NCBI GenBank assembly: GCA_003501565.1
Contig: DNPC01000822.1
Location: 1 to 45,399, forward strand
DNA length: 45,399 nucleotides
Reading direction: 5' to 3'
From: Planctomycetaceae bacterium
GTDB taxonomy: Bacteria > Planctomycetota > Planctomycetia > Pirellulales > Pirellulaceae
Under the pieces are notes generated by a model that was not told the DNA's origin, did no database searches, and saw only the letters and a list, made by a program, of their open reading frames with translations. Of this stretch, positions 19,110 through 29,124 are shown piece by piece. The translations under genes and the position numbers were made by a program. How positions within the stretch are numbered: position 1 is the first letter of the stretch; each line of letters starts with the position of its first letter.

Positions 19110-19559
19110 CTAACTATCTGTTCGAACGAAATTCTGTTTGGTTTCGATCGTCCATTTTGCTTTCAGCATTGGCTCAGTATGCGGCCCCACTCCGCCAGTT
19201 GGTGGATTGTCTTGTGCTGGAGCCATCACACTGATTGTTGCATTGCCGTTCGTTGCCGCCGTAGCGGCAGGCTCGCTCGAAGATATGAACACAAGTTCGC
19301 TCAGTTCCTTGATTTCGAATTGCGCGTCCCCAAGCATCCCTGGCACTTTGTCGTAAGGAGCTTTGGTGTAGAGGCGGCCTAAGATTTTGGAAGCGGCTTG
19401 GATAATGTCGCTCTTCGTTACTACCATCTTGCCGCCAATTGAGAAGACGGTTTGTCGAGAATCCAGGACAATTCTGCTATCCGCACCAACCTTAAACTCC
19501 CAGCCTCCTTCAGGTTCTAATACCAGTTCATCACCAGCGTATACAAGGAAGTTGGACAT
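19110..19559 (-). CDS. CIS spike-tip protein (PAAR-like, Pvc10/Afp10 type)
   Basis: LVYAGDELVLEP...IGGKMVVTKSD...Y...PG...APAQDNPP..GP.T......W.IETKQNFVRT mirrors the Pvc10/Afp10 pattern and size; RBS GGGG. Confidence 0.75.
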   Translation of the reverse strand: MSNFLVYAGDELVLEPEGGWEFKVGADSRIVLDSRQTVFSIGGKMVVTKSDIIQAASKILGRLYTKAPYDKVPGMLGDAQFEIKELSELVFISSSEPAATAATNGNATISVMAPAQDNPPTGGVGPHTEPMLKAKWTIETKQNFVRTDS

Positions 19560-19571
19560 CTTGAACGCCCC

Positions 19572-21968
19572 CTAGCCTATTGCCTGCCAGTCAGCTTCAC
19601 GACGCATCTGAGATTGAATGGCAGAGGAATTCTCTGATAGCGTTTTGGACCCGAAGGCACTGCTGAGTGCAACGCCGTAGTTTAGTTCAAATAAACTAAG
19701 AGTTGTCCAAAGAGCGATCCAATCGAGATCAGTCAAGGTAAAGGCTGCAAGCCATTCAATCGAGGACTCGTTCGCCTCAAAGGCCGGATTCGCAAACAAT
19801 GGGTCGCTGGTCAGTACGGAGTTTTGGCGCTCGGACGCGAAGCTCAACAAATCATTGAGCGATGCAATTTGATCGTAGCTTTTCGACCGTACTTCCGCTG
19901 TGCTTCCAAATGACGGTGACGCTGCTCTTCGATAAAGTGCAGTCGAACGACGTACCGGGTTCCCCAATGTGATTGGGGAGAGTTGCGTCTGCAGTTCGCG
20001 AACTGAATCCGGCACACTCTCGTCAAACGAAGATGCGTTCTGATTGAAAACGCTCAATTCGAATAAAAGGGGCATCCGGGAGAACAAATCTCCAGTTTCG
20101 CTGGATGTGGGTATGCTGCCTAAAGAGCGAAAAAGAAACTCCTTGTCGCCGGCTGGCCGGTAGCTTCGTTGCAGCTCTATCTCACTATGGGGCGAAGTAG
20201 TCGGAGGTTGACCTAATAGTACGTCAAGCTTTTGCTGCGTTCGAATGCTCGCTGGTGAAATGCTTGGTTGACTGACGTTGACATCAGGAAGCTGTACTCC
20301 CAGCGATTGCGTGGTTTTCAGGCTACTACTTGGCGACTGAGGTGGTCGCGGGAAAGACACTTCCTCGAAAGCTCCCGCTTTCTTAGCCAGCTTTGAGAGT
20401 CCGTTCTCCCTTAGGTCATTTGCAAAACAGCCCGGCAATTCGCGATATCGAAATTCTAAACTCCACAGTGCGCGTGATCGTTGTGAATTCCGAAGACTGG
20501 CTTCATCGATCCGATACTGTCGTTTGACAGTCGCAATTTCCGAATGCTGATCGAATACCGCTAGGTTTCGATATGACTCTCGAGCTTTAAAGCCCTTCGA
20601 TGGAAGCCGAAGAGATGCACTGTGACCCCCAAGTGCTCCGCTAATTGCCGATGCAAATGGCAATGTCTGATAACATTCTATATTGCCGTTTCGGGTAAAC
20701 CGATGCAATGTACCTGCCAAAGTCTGCGACGACTCGAGGACTTCGTTGCTATTCATCGCTAGTTGCGATTGCGAGCTTCGGCCCGGAGCACCACTGATAA
20801 CCGATTCGCCAACGATCAACTGGGAAGCATCATTCGCGGTGCGAGTGGAAGGACTAGTAAATCGCTCAATCGCATTGGTCGCCTTGCTAGCCTCTGTCTG
20901 TTTCCGGCCTCCCACTCTCGGCAAATTACTAGTGAGCCGCTGCTTGCTTTTGAAACGCTCAAAAAACTCATTCTTGCGTTCGCTCGAGGAATGCTGCACT
21001 AGCAAGTTAATTCCCAGTCGCGGCTGCGAGCCAAGGTCGCGACTAATTCCACATTCGCCGACAATCAACTGTGAACCATCATTCGATGTGGCAGCGGGAC
21101 GCCTCCTGAATCGCCCAACCTCTTTGATAGTCGGCAAGGACTCAATTTGCTTCATTCTTGCCATTCTCGGCGACATGTTGGCGAGCTGAAGACGCTGCCT
21201 GACATTCAAGCTCGCAACAATGGCAGTGGGGCCTTTTGAATGTATCAAAGAGTCTTCCTGGCTACCAGGATCTAGCTTGTCCGACGATCGTCGCAATCCT
21301 ATGGACGCATCGGCCTGGCTGCCGGGTATACAAATGCCACTTTGGCTTTGATTATCCCGAACGAAGTTGCCAATGTGCCTTACGATGGCTGAAGCGTTTT
21401 GATCTTCCCGCTCAAGAGGGCGTTGCTGTGTCTGATCAAAACGGTTTGACAAGAATACGTGAGCGGTTGTCGGCGAAGACTTTGAAATTTGCCTTTTCTG
21501 ATCTGAAAACTCCTGACGAACTTTCCGTGGTGTGATTTCGCGACCATCGCTAAGCTCAAAGGTCGCGGATGAATTTGACTGTGTCGAATCATTGTCGCCG
21601 TAGGTAGGCCTCAGGTCGCTTGCGTTTGCACGGTTAGACTTCCGTTTGCTAAACGCTCTTCTTCGTCTCTTTTGGGCAGAACGAGTATAAACAACATCTT
21701 TTTCTGATGAGCTCGCGTTTATTTCAGCAGGCTCACGACTGACGAAATGGAGAAGACGTTCAGCCTGCGACAGCAGAAGATCTGCAGTCTTTACAGCTCG
21801 GGTACAACTTTCTGTAATTGCGGTTGGATAGTGAAGCCTAACGAAGTACCGGTAATGCATACAACGCGATGCAATCGGTGCCTCTACAACTGCATAGGGA
21901 CGAGATATCCGTGCGGTATTGATCACTAACCTGGCGATTTGGGTGTACTTTGCTGTGGCAGCCTGCAT
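19572..21968 (-). CDS. Large Ser/Arg-rich, probably disordered protein with an internal repeat; possible tape-measure or lumen protein
   Basis: 798-aa ORF tightly packed between the chaperone and tip genes; repeat NDGSQLIVGECGIS / NDASQLIVGESVIS; hydrophobic C-terminal helix. Confidence 0.6.
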   Translation of the reverse strand: MQAATAKYTQIARLVINTARISRPYAVVEAPIASRCMHYRYFVRLHYPTAITESCTRAVKTADLLLSQAERLLHFVSREPAEINASSSEKDVVYTRSAQKRRRRAFSKRKSNRANASDLRPTYGDNDSTQSNSSATFELSDGREITPRKVRQEFSDQKRQISKSSPTTAHVFLSNRFDQTQQRPLEREDQNASAIVRHIGNFVRDNQSQSGICIPGSQADASIGLRRSSDKLDPGSQEDSLIHSKGPTAIVASLNVRQRLQLANMSPRMARMKQIESLPTIKEVGRFRRRPAATSNDGSQLIVGECGISRDLGSQPRLGINLLVQHSSSERKNEFFERFKSKQRLTSNLPRVGGRKQTEASKATNAIERFTSPSTRTANDASQLIVGESVISGAPGRSSQSQLAMNSNEVLESSQTLAGTLHRFTRNGNIECYQTLPFASAISGALGGHSASLRLPSKGFKARESYRNLAVFDQHSEIATVKRQYRIDEASLRNSQRSRALWSLEFRYRELPGCFANDLRENGLSKLAKKAGAFEEVSFPRPPQSPSSSLKTTQSLGVQLPDVNVSQPSISPASIRTQQKLDVLLGQPPTTSPHSEIELQRSYRPAGDKEFLFRSLGSIPTSSETGDLFSRMPLLFELSVFNQNASSFDESVPDSVRELQTQLSPITLGNPVRRSTALYRRAASPSFGSTAEVRSKSYDQIASLNDLLSFASERQNSVLTSDPLFANPAFEANESSIEWLAAFTLTDLDWIALWTTLSLFELNYGVALSSAFGSKTLSENSSAIQSQMRREADWQAIG

Positions 21969-21972
21969 GCTG

Positions 21973-22317
21973 CTATTCCCTTTTGCTTCCGGTCGGAGCA
22001 GAGGCCGGACCGGCGGAATGCCCAGACAGCAACTTCTGGTAGATAGAGTTCAGATACTCAATGTCTGGAAGGGGAAGCGATTCGACAATTTGCTGGCGAT
22101 TATCGGCATCCAATTCAATGTTCCCCAGAGACTCGAGAATGCGGACAAGCATCAGAGTCTCGAGATACGCCGGATTCTGCACGTCGCCATAGATCTTCAG
22201 AACAACGGTAAGATCTTTCTGGGTAGGGATTCTTAGCCGTCCTTGTCGATGAATATTCCCTTCTTCGTCTTCGAAACCGAAGGGCAGTTCAAATTCAATA
22301 CTTCTCGGACGATTCAT
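21973..22317 (-). CDS. Phage tail assembly chaperone-like protein (Mu gp41/P2 gpE-like, eCIS-associated)
   Basis: EFELPFGFEDEEGNIHRQGRLR.PT.KD, NPAYL..L.LVR...LG, VESL.L.D.EYL...Y. Confidence 0.85.
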   Translation of the reverse strand: MNRPRSIEFELPFGFEDEEGNIHRQGRLRIPTQKDLTVVLKIYGDVQNPAYLETLMLVRILESLGNIELDADNRQQIVESLPLPDIEYLNSIYQKLLSGHSAGPASAPTGSKRE

Positions 22318-22325
22318 TAATTGCC

Positions 22326-23972
22326 TTACTCTTTCATGTCGATTTTTGTTGCTTTAATTTCCATTTCGCCATTCGAGCTAAGGCCGACTTTCGATTCGGC
22401 CAACTGAAGCTGGGTTTCACCGGTCTTCAGGTTGATCTTCTTTTCTGCAAAGTCCAGCTGCACGAGGAAGTTGCCATCTTCGTGATTGATCTCCAGCTGT
22501 CCACCTTCTGTCAGATTGAAATCAACTGGCTTTCCATTCGCGACTGCAGCTAAGAGCGAGCTGCTCTTCGAATCCAGATCTTCTTGTGGTTCTGCGAGGA
22601 TACTCCCAATGACGATCGGTGCGTCCGGGTTGCCTTGTTCGAAGCCAACTATGACCCACTCATCCATGTCATATTTTGAAATAATCCCTCGCCCCGTTTT
22701 TGCCGAGATGGCACGTAATCTGGCGTTGATGGGTTGCGATTCCGAATCCCAGCCAGCGAACTGGATCATTTGGACTCCGAGTTTTGGATCGTAGTCCCCT
22801 TTGATTTGTGCCGGCCACAAGTGCTTGGCCGGAAGCAAGTCCGGAATTGTGGCGAGCAAATTAGACTGTCGTCCCAAGGAGACGATTGTCCGCTGCGATG
22901 CCCCGACAAATTCGTGCCGAATCCGCGTCGCGATCGCACCGTCGGCCAGAGCTTTTCCATGAAGCCCAATTGCTGTGGGCGAACCAAGCATGAGATCTTC
23001 CGGCGGTTCGCCTGCCAGCACAAACATTCCTTGAACCCGCTCCCGCTGTGCACGTGACGAACTTGCGGAAGCCATCGGCTCAACATCCGACTCAGTTAAC
23101 GCCAGGGCAGTCGGCATCTGTTGGTACTGATCTGGGCTCAAGACATGTGCGGGAGTGTCCGTGTCCGGCGCTACTTGTAAAGAATCGCCATTTTTTGCCT
23201 TTTCTGCGTCCGGGAAGAAGCTTGGAATTGTTGGGAATACATAACCTGGTGGAACCAAATCGTGGCCATCGTGAAGTTCTTTGGCAACTACTTCATATGG
23301 ATGATTCGCGTTCGGAGTCGCATCAATCGTGCAGCTTACCTCGGCCCCGGGACCAGAACCCAACCAAAACTCTCCACGATAAGGCCATAAGTGAAAGCCT
23401 GACTGATATGCCAAGCGATAGAGGAAGGCAAAATCGGACTCCCAATATTGGACCAACTGAGTCGTTTCGCCCAACCTACCTGCCGGCGGCTCCGGCATTC
23501 TCACAGACATTTGCGTCGGTGCAATGATCTGCTCAGCGATCTCTTCGAAAGTAGCTTCTGCGAAGCTTCTTAAGCGATGACCTGTCTTGAGTGCAAAGCT
23601 ATTGTCGTAGCCGTAGAGTTCACAGACCGTCCCACCGTGCACGGGATCATTGTTTAACCTTCGTCCCCAGACTTTACCCTTAAAAGCCGGCCCGGTTCCA
23701 AAGCTGATTTCAACTTCTTCACCGATACTCTCAGCAAAGTCAACGTATCGCTGCCCCATTGGATCGTCGAAAAAGATCTGAAATCGCGAAGGGGCGGAAA
23801 CACATTCGTCCAAGCTCCAATACGCTACATCAATTCGTTCAACGAACGAACAGATCAATGTTGGTGCTGTTCTCCCTTGGCCTGGATTCAGACTGCGTTC
23901 ATTCAAAATTAGCTCCGTTTGAAAAGTGCAACGAGCTGCAACGGAATCGCGGGACTGGGGCTCACAGTGCAA
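22326..23972 (-). CDS. VgrG/Afp8-like hub-spike protein (gp27/gpD hub plus gp5 OB-fold and short beta-rich spike)
   Basis: RSFAEATFEEIAEQI, LVQYWESDFAFLYRLAYQSGF, IATRIRHEF, EWVIVGFEQGNPDAPIVIGSI, C-terminal short beta repeats ending IKATKIDMK. Confidence 0.9.
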   Translation of the reverse strand: MHCEPQSRDSVAARCTFQTELILNERSLNPGQGRTAPTLICSFVERIDVAYWSLDECVSAPSRFQIFFDDPMGQRYVDFAESIGEEVEISFGTGPAFKGKVWGRRLNNDPVHGGTVCELYGYDNSFALKTGHRLRSFAEATFEEIAEQIIAPTQMSVRMPEPPAGRLGETTQLVQYWESDFAFLYRLAYQSGFHLWPYRGEFWLGSGPGAEVSCTIDATPNANHPYEVVAKELHDGHDLVPPGYVFPTIPSFFPDAEKAKNGDSLQVAPDTDTPAHVLSPDQYQQMPTALALTESDVEPMASASSSRAQRERVQGMFVLAGEPPEDLMLGSPTAIGLHGKALADGAIATRIRHEFVGASQRTIVSLGRQSNLLATIPDLLPAKHLWPAQIKGDYDPKLGVQMIQFAGWDSESQPINARLRAISAKTGRGIISKYDMDEWVIVGFEQGNPDAPIVIGSILAEPQEDLDSKSSSLLAAVANGKPVDFNLTEGGQLEINHEDGNFLVQLDFAEKKINLKTGETQLQLAESKVGLSSNGEMEIKATKIDMKE

Positions 23973-23985
23973 TCATCGTTCGAAT

Positions 23986-24501
23986 CTATCGAAGAAGGCG
24001 GCCATTTACTTTGGCAAGTAGCTGTGATGCCGTTTTGCAACGCTTGACAGCCCCCAGCTTGGAAACACTGCCGCTCTTAACGAGAGCATTAAGAGCGACA
24101 AAAGTATTCTCTAAAGAAAAAGTGGTTTTTCGGCCGACCTCATCCTCGGATGTCTCCGGCGAATTATTCTCTTCTGGGCCATCTTCGGTCTCGGATACTG
24201 AATTCTTGGAAGCGTCTTCTCTGAGTTCTTCCTCTACCGAAGCAATCGCGACTTCTACAGCTTCGGCTATGCTGTCGATTTCATCTTCGTTTTTGTGTAC
24301 GCCTCTCTTCTTTCTTTCTAACCCAAACACTAGCTGACGTAGAAGTAGCAATAGAGTCCTACGCTCGACTAGCTCCGTTTCCGGCGAAGCTTGAAGCAAG
24401 AACCTCGTTTCGTACACTCCTAACTCGGCCTTCTGCATTGCAGAGGCTAGCTTCCTGATCCTCTCAATGATTTCCTTGTCGCTCGTACTTACTTCTATCA
24501 C
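23986..24501 (-). CDS. Hypothetical acidic/helical protein in the CIS operon
   Basis: 171-aa ORF co-oriented and closely spaced within the operon; no motif recognised. Confidence 0.55.
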   Translation of the reverse strand: MIEVSTSDKEIIERIRKLASAMQKAELGVYETRFLLQASPETELVERRTLLLLLRQLVFGLERKKRGVHKNEDEIDSIAEAVEVAIASVEEELREDASKNSVSETEDGPEENNSPETSEDEVGRKTTFSLENTFVALNALVKSGSVSKLGAVKRCKTASQLLAKVNGRLLR

Positions 24502-24518
24502 TGGTCGATCGCTCGCGT

Positions 24519-26192
24519 CTAGAGAACTGACTTGATATCAGCTAGTAGTGTCTCAAGTCGACTTTTCAGCTCACCGTACTGGTTTTCGAGCCTGAAATCG
24601 TCCAACTTCTCGAATGGATTCGGAGGTAGGCTCTCCGTAAACCCTTCTGCGAGCTTGAAGCTCCCAAAAGGCTTGGCATCAGTTAGGCTTATCGAATTGA
24701 TGTACTCCCAAGTAGAACTTTCAATCGTTTTTGCCTCGGACTTAAGCTTCTCTGAAGCTCGACGTACTTCCTTGAAGAACTCATCAAAGCCTTTAGGGCG
24801 GAAGCCGTCTGTTTCGTTTTCCCAATAATTTATCTTCTTCCGGTCCCATCCCCTTGAAAGAAGTTGGGTCTTAATTGAATCGTAGTGAGTCTTCATCGAC
24901 TGCTTTATTGCTTCGATTCCGTTCTCCAGTACCGTCTTCAGTTGTTCGCCTTCTTCCTTGAGTGCTTCAATAACGGCTTCAAGTTCATCAATCGCCTTTC
25001 CTTTACAATCGTCGCAACCTTTGGCGAAAACTAGTATCTGTTTATCAACTAGGGTGGCAAAGTCATTTGGCATCTGTTGCACGATGTGCAACGCCTCTTC
25101 AAGTTCCAATTGGCGCTCGGCAAAATCTGTCTTTGCGTTTCCGCAATTTTTTTGCAGTTCCTCAAACGCATCGCGGGATTCCTTTAAGCGTTTTTCGAAA
25201 CTCTGGATTGCACTTGGGTCCTCGGGATTCTTCGTAACAGTCAGAGCTTCCTCTTTCAACGATTCGAGATTCTTGACTGCGTTGCTGCTTGAGGTTTCCA
25301 ACTCGCTCAAAATTTCCTTCAGTTTTATAGGTATTTTTGTGATGCTATCTTTCTGGCTGTTAAAGCTTTTCTTCAGCCTTTCGTGGCCAGACTCGATACC
25401 TGTTTTGGCAGAATTCCATTTATTAGAGAGGCATGTCTCCAGCTCGCCGGGTAATTCTGTAAGTAACTTAATTCCTCCTTCAACAATGCTCTTTGCCTTT
25501 TTGAACTCCTGCTCAGCTTTCTCTACTTCCTGCTTCACTTCGTTCTGCAGGGCCTCTGCATCGCGCCTCACTTCTGCGATGCACTCTTCCGTATTTCGTT
25601 TTACGTCTTCAATCGCCTCTTTGGTTGCCTTCGCCGCACGTTGCAATCGAGCCGTCTTTTTGTCGGCATCCTGCTTAACCTGTTGGTACGTACTACTCGC
25701 GTTGGCGATGACTTGCGTCACGTTCCCCGTCAACGCTCGTGCGAGAGCCGCTGGTTGCGAGGCGACAGTTTTCAGCTGCTGCTTGTCGTGCATTTCCGTC
25801 AGGAACACGCCTACGTGCGCATAGGTCGGTACCCCGCCGGAAAAATGCGAGTACTCGACGAGGACATCGTCCACCACAACTGGGGAGCTGACGCTTCCCC
25901 AACTGAAAAGACAAGTGGGCGGAACACCACTCGAACCCTTGCGGCATAACTTTGCAATCTGCTCCACTCGAGGTCTTACATCGATAGACTCCGAGGTATC
26001 CTCTGGAACGAAAAGCATTTCAATTGCGAAGCGACCCGGTGAAGTGCCGGTGAAATCACTGCGTGCACCAGCACCTCTGGCAGAATGCGACCACGACGAG
26101 GTCTGCTGTTGCTGCATTCTCTGTGGAACTGCAGTCGCGCGGATCTCTTCGTTCGTTTCCAAGTTGATGAGTGTTGGTGCATCGTCTGACAT
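24519..26192 (-). CDS. CIS tube-initiator (Afp7/gp48-like) domain fused to a long coiled coil
   Basis: N-terminal ~135 aa: DFTGTSPGRFAIEMLF, DVRPRVEQI, PPTCLFSWGS, VEYSHFSGGVPTYAHVGVFLTE; the remaining ~420 aa are heptad-rich E/K/A/L; ATG 26192 preferred (ORF is open to 26228). Confidence 0.8.
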   Translation of the reverse strand: MSDDAPTLINLETNEEIRATAVPQRMQQQQTSSWSHSARGAGARSDFTGTSPGRFAIEMLFVPEDTSESIDVRPRVEQIAKLCRKGSSGVPPTCLFSWGSVSSPVVVDDVLVEYSHFSGGVPTYAHVGVFLTEMHDKQQLKTVASQPAALARALTGNVTQVIANASSTYQQVKQDADKKTARLQRAAKATKEAIEDVKRNTEECIAEVRRDAEALQNEVKQEVEKAEQEFKKAKSIVEGGIKLLTELPGELETCLSNKWNSAKTGIESGHERLKKSFNSQKDSITKIPIKLKEILSELETSSSNAVKNLESLKEEALTVTKNPEDPSAIQSFEKRLKESRDAFEELQKNCGNAKTDFAERQLELEEALHIVQQMPNDFATLVDKQILVFAKGCDDCKGKAIDELEAVIEALKEEGEQLKTVLENGIEAIKQSMKTHYDSIKTQLLSRGWDRKKINYWENETDGFRPKGFDEFFKEVRRASEKLKSEAKTIESSTWEYINSISLTDAKPFGSFKLAEGFTESLPPNPFEKLDDFRLENQYGELKSRLETLLADIKSVL

Positions 26193-26255
26193 GTTTCTCT
26201 TCTCTGTGTGTCGGAGCGGAATTGGCAATGAAATTGCGGTTCCGTTTCTCAGAGT

Positions 26256-26678
26256 TTAGCCGATAAACATATCTTCGGCGACGATGACAACCGACTCTGT
26301 CGCCACGCCATCAGCGCCTTCGATGCTCCGGTCGTTCATTTTGTACCTCTGTACCCAACCACCGGTCCAATTGTTCCTGCGGACTTCTTCCCCCGTGTAA
26401 TCCACGTAGATCACAGATCCACTTAGCTTTTGCTTTGGACCTTCGTCCGCCCATTGCTGTAATCGTTTGTCGGCGTCGAACATCCGAGCAATCTTGAAGG
26501 CGGGAATAACTTTCCTGCCTGGTAGATATCGGGCTCTCTCGGTTTGAGAATCATAAATTGGTTCTGCTTCGGTACCATATTCGAGGTCGGGTGGGTCTCC
26601 GATCCAACCGCCGAGTCCATCCATTCCTTCGATCTCGACGAAATATTTCTCGCGGCTAATGGGATAGTCGTTTGCCAT
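26256..26678 (-). CDS. Tail tube protein (T4 gp19/Afp1-5-like)
   Basis: 140 aa; YP....YFVEIEG, RYLPGRK, LQQW, SGSVIYVDYTGEEVRRNNWTGGWV, VATESVVIVAE. Confidence 0.92.
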   Translation of the reverse strand: MANDYPISREKYFVEIEGMDGLGGWIGDPPDLEYGTEAEPIYDSQTERARYLPGRKVIPAFKIARMFDADKRLQQWADEGPKQKLSGSVIYVDYTGEEVRRNNWTGGWVQRYKMNDRSIEGADGVATESVVIVAEDMFIG

Positions 26679-26796
26679 TGGTTCTACTCCAAAGTGATGC
26701 GTGCTTGTATCTAGATCGAGCGCAGATTTTTCGAATGCTGGTGACTTCCGAAAGCTGGACTTGCCTGGAGGCCACGATAGTCAGGGATAGATCGTG

Positions 26797-29001
26797 TTAG
26801 GAGGCCGCTTGAATGAACTGAGTCACATCCACGATGATGAATTCAGCGGGTCTTACCGGGGCGACTGCCACGCGAACGTTCAATCGTCCCAAGCGTCGAT
26901 CGTCGTCGGTATTGTTCGTCTCATCGCAGATGATCTGAAACGCCTCGGCGGGCGAGCTTCCCTCGAGAGCTTCGTTGCGACGCAAGCCCTCGAGATATCC
27001 GTGGAGATTGCGAACGATTGACTTGCGAAGCCTATCTGTGTTGGGCTTAAAGACCGCCCATCGTGTTTGTTGCTTGATCGTCTTACGAATTTGCAGCAGC
27101 AGTCTTGCGACTGGGATGTAGCGGTAGTTCGGATCCGATGACAGAGTTCTCGCGCCCCATATCAATGGGTCTCCGCCCGGAAACCTGCGTAAGCAGTTGA
27201 TCCCTTCGGCATTCAACTCACCATTCTCCGTATCGGTCATGTAATGAGTTAACCCAATGGCCCCTTTAACCACTTTCTCCTCGCCAGCAGCTGCGTAGTG
27301 CGCCCCATACATGCCATCTGTACCAGCGATTGCCCCTGCCATGAATGCAGAGGGTGGAACACGGATCTCCGTTCCATCCTTCGATTTGCCGACGACTAGC
27401 CAAGGCCAAAAGCAGGCTGTAGAGTGGCCATCGAATCCATCTGAACGAGTCGGTTTCTGCGATTCTTCACTCAACCCACGATCGAGCACAGCAAATGCGA
27501 ACGACTCACCGGCGGCATCTATCCCATCACGACGCCCAGCGAACGCCTTCAGCTTGCTAGCCACCAGCGGGCTTGTCTGCCCAGGTGCCATTAACAGCCC
27601 GACATCAATGTCAGGCTGCGTGAGCGAACTAAGGACTTGATCATTAAGTGCGTTTTCAACTTCCTTGTGCTTGATATTGTAGATTGTTAGGACCTTCCCA
27701 CCATTTAAGAAGAATCCATAAACGGACCACATCGTCGCCGCTACAGACCCCAAGGCCGACAGGATGCTAGGGTCGTCATCGTTGGAATCAATAGCGGGAC
27801 TGTCATCTGCAACAAGTTCCTGGAGGTTCGTAGCTTCGTCTAACTTGCTTAGGTCGTAATAGGCGTTGAAGCCGAAGAGGAATTCCGCTTTTGACTTGGC
27901 ATCACTCAGCTCGCTTTCCATGAAAGCGCTAATTGACGTATCCCGTTGCGACAACCAGCGACTATTTTTTAAGCTCGTATATAAGTTCTCAGTCTCAGCC
28001 GAGCCAATCCACGTTTCATCCTGGGCAACGACGTGGCGTACTTTGGACTGCTCAAACTCTTTGCGTAGCGAAGAAAGACGAAGGATGTTGCGAAGTAAAT
28101 CCCGTTGTGGTTTGCTTGTCAGGGATTTGTCAGGCTCCTTGAAAAGACCCTCCAGGTTCTTGACTCTTGCAATTTCATCCCAAGCGGGAGTCGGTTCAGC
28201 ACTTCCTAAATTAAGCTCTTCCTTCAGACCCTCGATTTCGGCTGCCTCGTCGCTACGCGATAATTTACTTCCCGCTTCTTCGATTGCAGCAAGAATTCCC
28301 CCGCCAGCGTTAGCTTCAGTGACTTCTTTTACAACGTGGTGATATTTTGCCTGTAGAGAAGAATCTTTGAATTTTTTGTCGACGATAACATCCGCGACAC
28401 GCAAAGGTTCGCTCAGTTTCAAACTCAAGTCTCTCACATCCAGACAACGCTGTGCAGCGTCGCCCATCGGCTGCGACCAATCCGGTTTCTCGCTTGCAAC
28501 TTTCTCTTTCAGTTTGCCCACGAGGTCGTCTAGTCCCGATACATCCGATATGCCGAACGATGGTCCCAGCTCTTCTGCGATTTCATCAACCGCGGCCTCA
28601 TCAATCGCGGGTGGGGTTTTCCTTGCGATCGCTTTGACTTCAGGGGCTAGAAGTTTGAAAGCGGCATCCAACTGTTGATCTTCAATCTTCTTTTGACATG
28701 TCTTCAAGAACTTTAACGCTTCACTACGTATGTCCTTCAGGGCGTTTTGGCTAATTGCCGGCCCATCATTGCTCCACTCAAGACATTGTTTCAGCAAAAC
28801 AGGGGCTAACATGGCAGTGCCGCCAAAGTGCTGTCCGAAGTCAGCGACGGAGCGAATTTTGACGGGCTGAGCCGTCCCCGACGCATCCACTGTCGATTGG
28901 GCAAACATCACACCGTTTGATATGGAAGCAGATTCGTAACTGCGCAACGAAGGCTTAATGTCGCGAACGTAGACTCCAGGAGCAAGTTTTTGGGTATCCA
29001 T
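26797..29001 (-). CDS. Contractile tail sheath protein (gp18/Afp2-4-like) with a large internal insertion
   Basis: LAPGVYVRDI, VYGFFLNGG, ACFWPW, VPPSAFMAG, LNAEGINCLRRFPG, IWGARTLS, YRYIPVARL, WAVFKPN, AFQIICDETNNT, VAPVRPAEFI. Confidence 0.95.
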   Translation of the reverse strand: MDTQKLAPGVYVRDIKPSLRSYESASISNGVMFAQSTVDASGTAQPVKIRSVADFGQHFGGTAMLAPVLLKQCLEWSNDGPAISQNALKDIRSEALKFLKTCQKKIEDQQLDAAFKLLAPEVKAIARKTPPAIDEAAVDEIAEELGPSFGISDVSGLDDLVGKLKEKVASEKPDWSQPMGDAAQRCLDVRDLSLKLSEPLRVADVIVDKKFKDSSLQAKYHHVVKEVTEANAGGGILAAIEEAGSKLSRSDEAAEIEGLKEELNLGSAEPTPAWDEIARVKNLEGLFKEPDKSLTSKPQRDLLRNILRLSSLRKEFEQSKVRHVVAQDETWIGSAETENLYTSLKNSRWLSQRDTSISAFMESELSDAKSKAEFLFGFNAYYDLSKLDEATNLQELVADDSPAIDSNDDDPSILSALGSVAATMWSVYGFFLNGGKVLTIYNIKHKEVENALNDQVLSSLTQPDIDVGLLMAPGQTSPLVASKLKAFAGRRDGIDAAGESFAFAVLDRGLSEESQKPTRSDGFDGHSTACFWPWLVVGKSKDGTEIRVPPSAFMAGAIAGTDGMYGAHYAAAGEEKVVKGAIGLTHYMTDTENGELNAEGINCLRRFPGGDPLIWGARTLSSDPNYRYIPVARLLLQIRKTIKQQTRWAVFKPNTDRLRKSIVRNLHGYLEGLRRNEALEGSSPAEAFQIICDETNNTDDDRRLGRLNVRVAVAPVRPAEFIIVDVTQFIQAAS

Positions 29002-29124
29002 GGATGCATGACTCTCTGATTAAGGACTTACCTGTTTTCAATTGCATCCCAGCTTCACCTCATCACTCAAACGTCCTGCCCAAGCGTCACACCAGAGAGT
29101 TTCCGGCTGGTGTCACCGGTTCGA

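Noticed and set aside
24958-25824. Long antisense ORFs (e.g. 24958..25824+, 32036..32704+, 33352..33945+, 2561..3064+)
   Set aside because: Shadows of well-supported genes on the opposite strand, with no recognisable protein motifs
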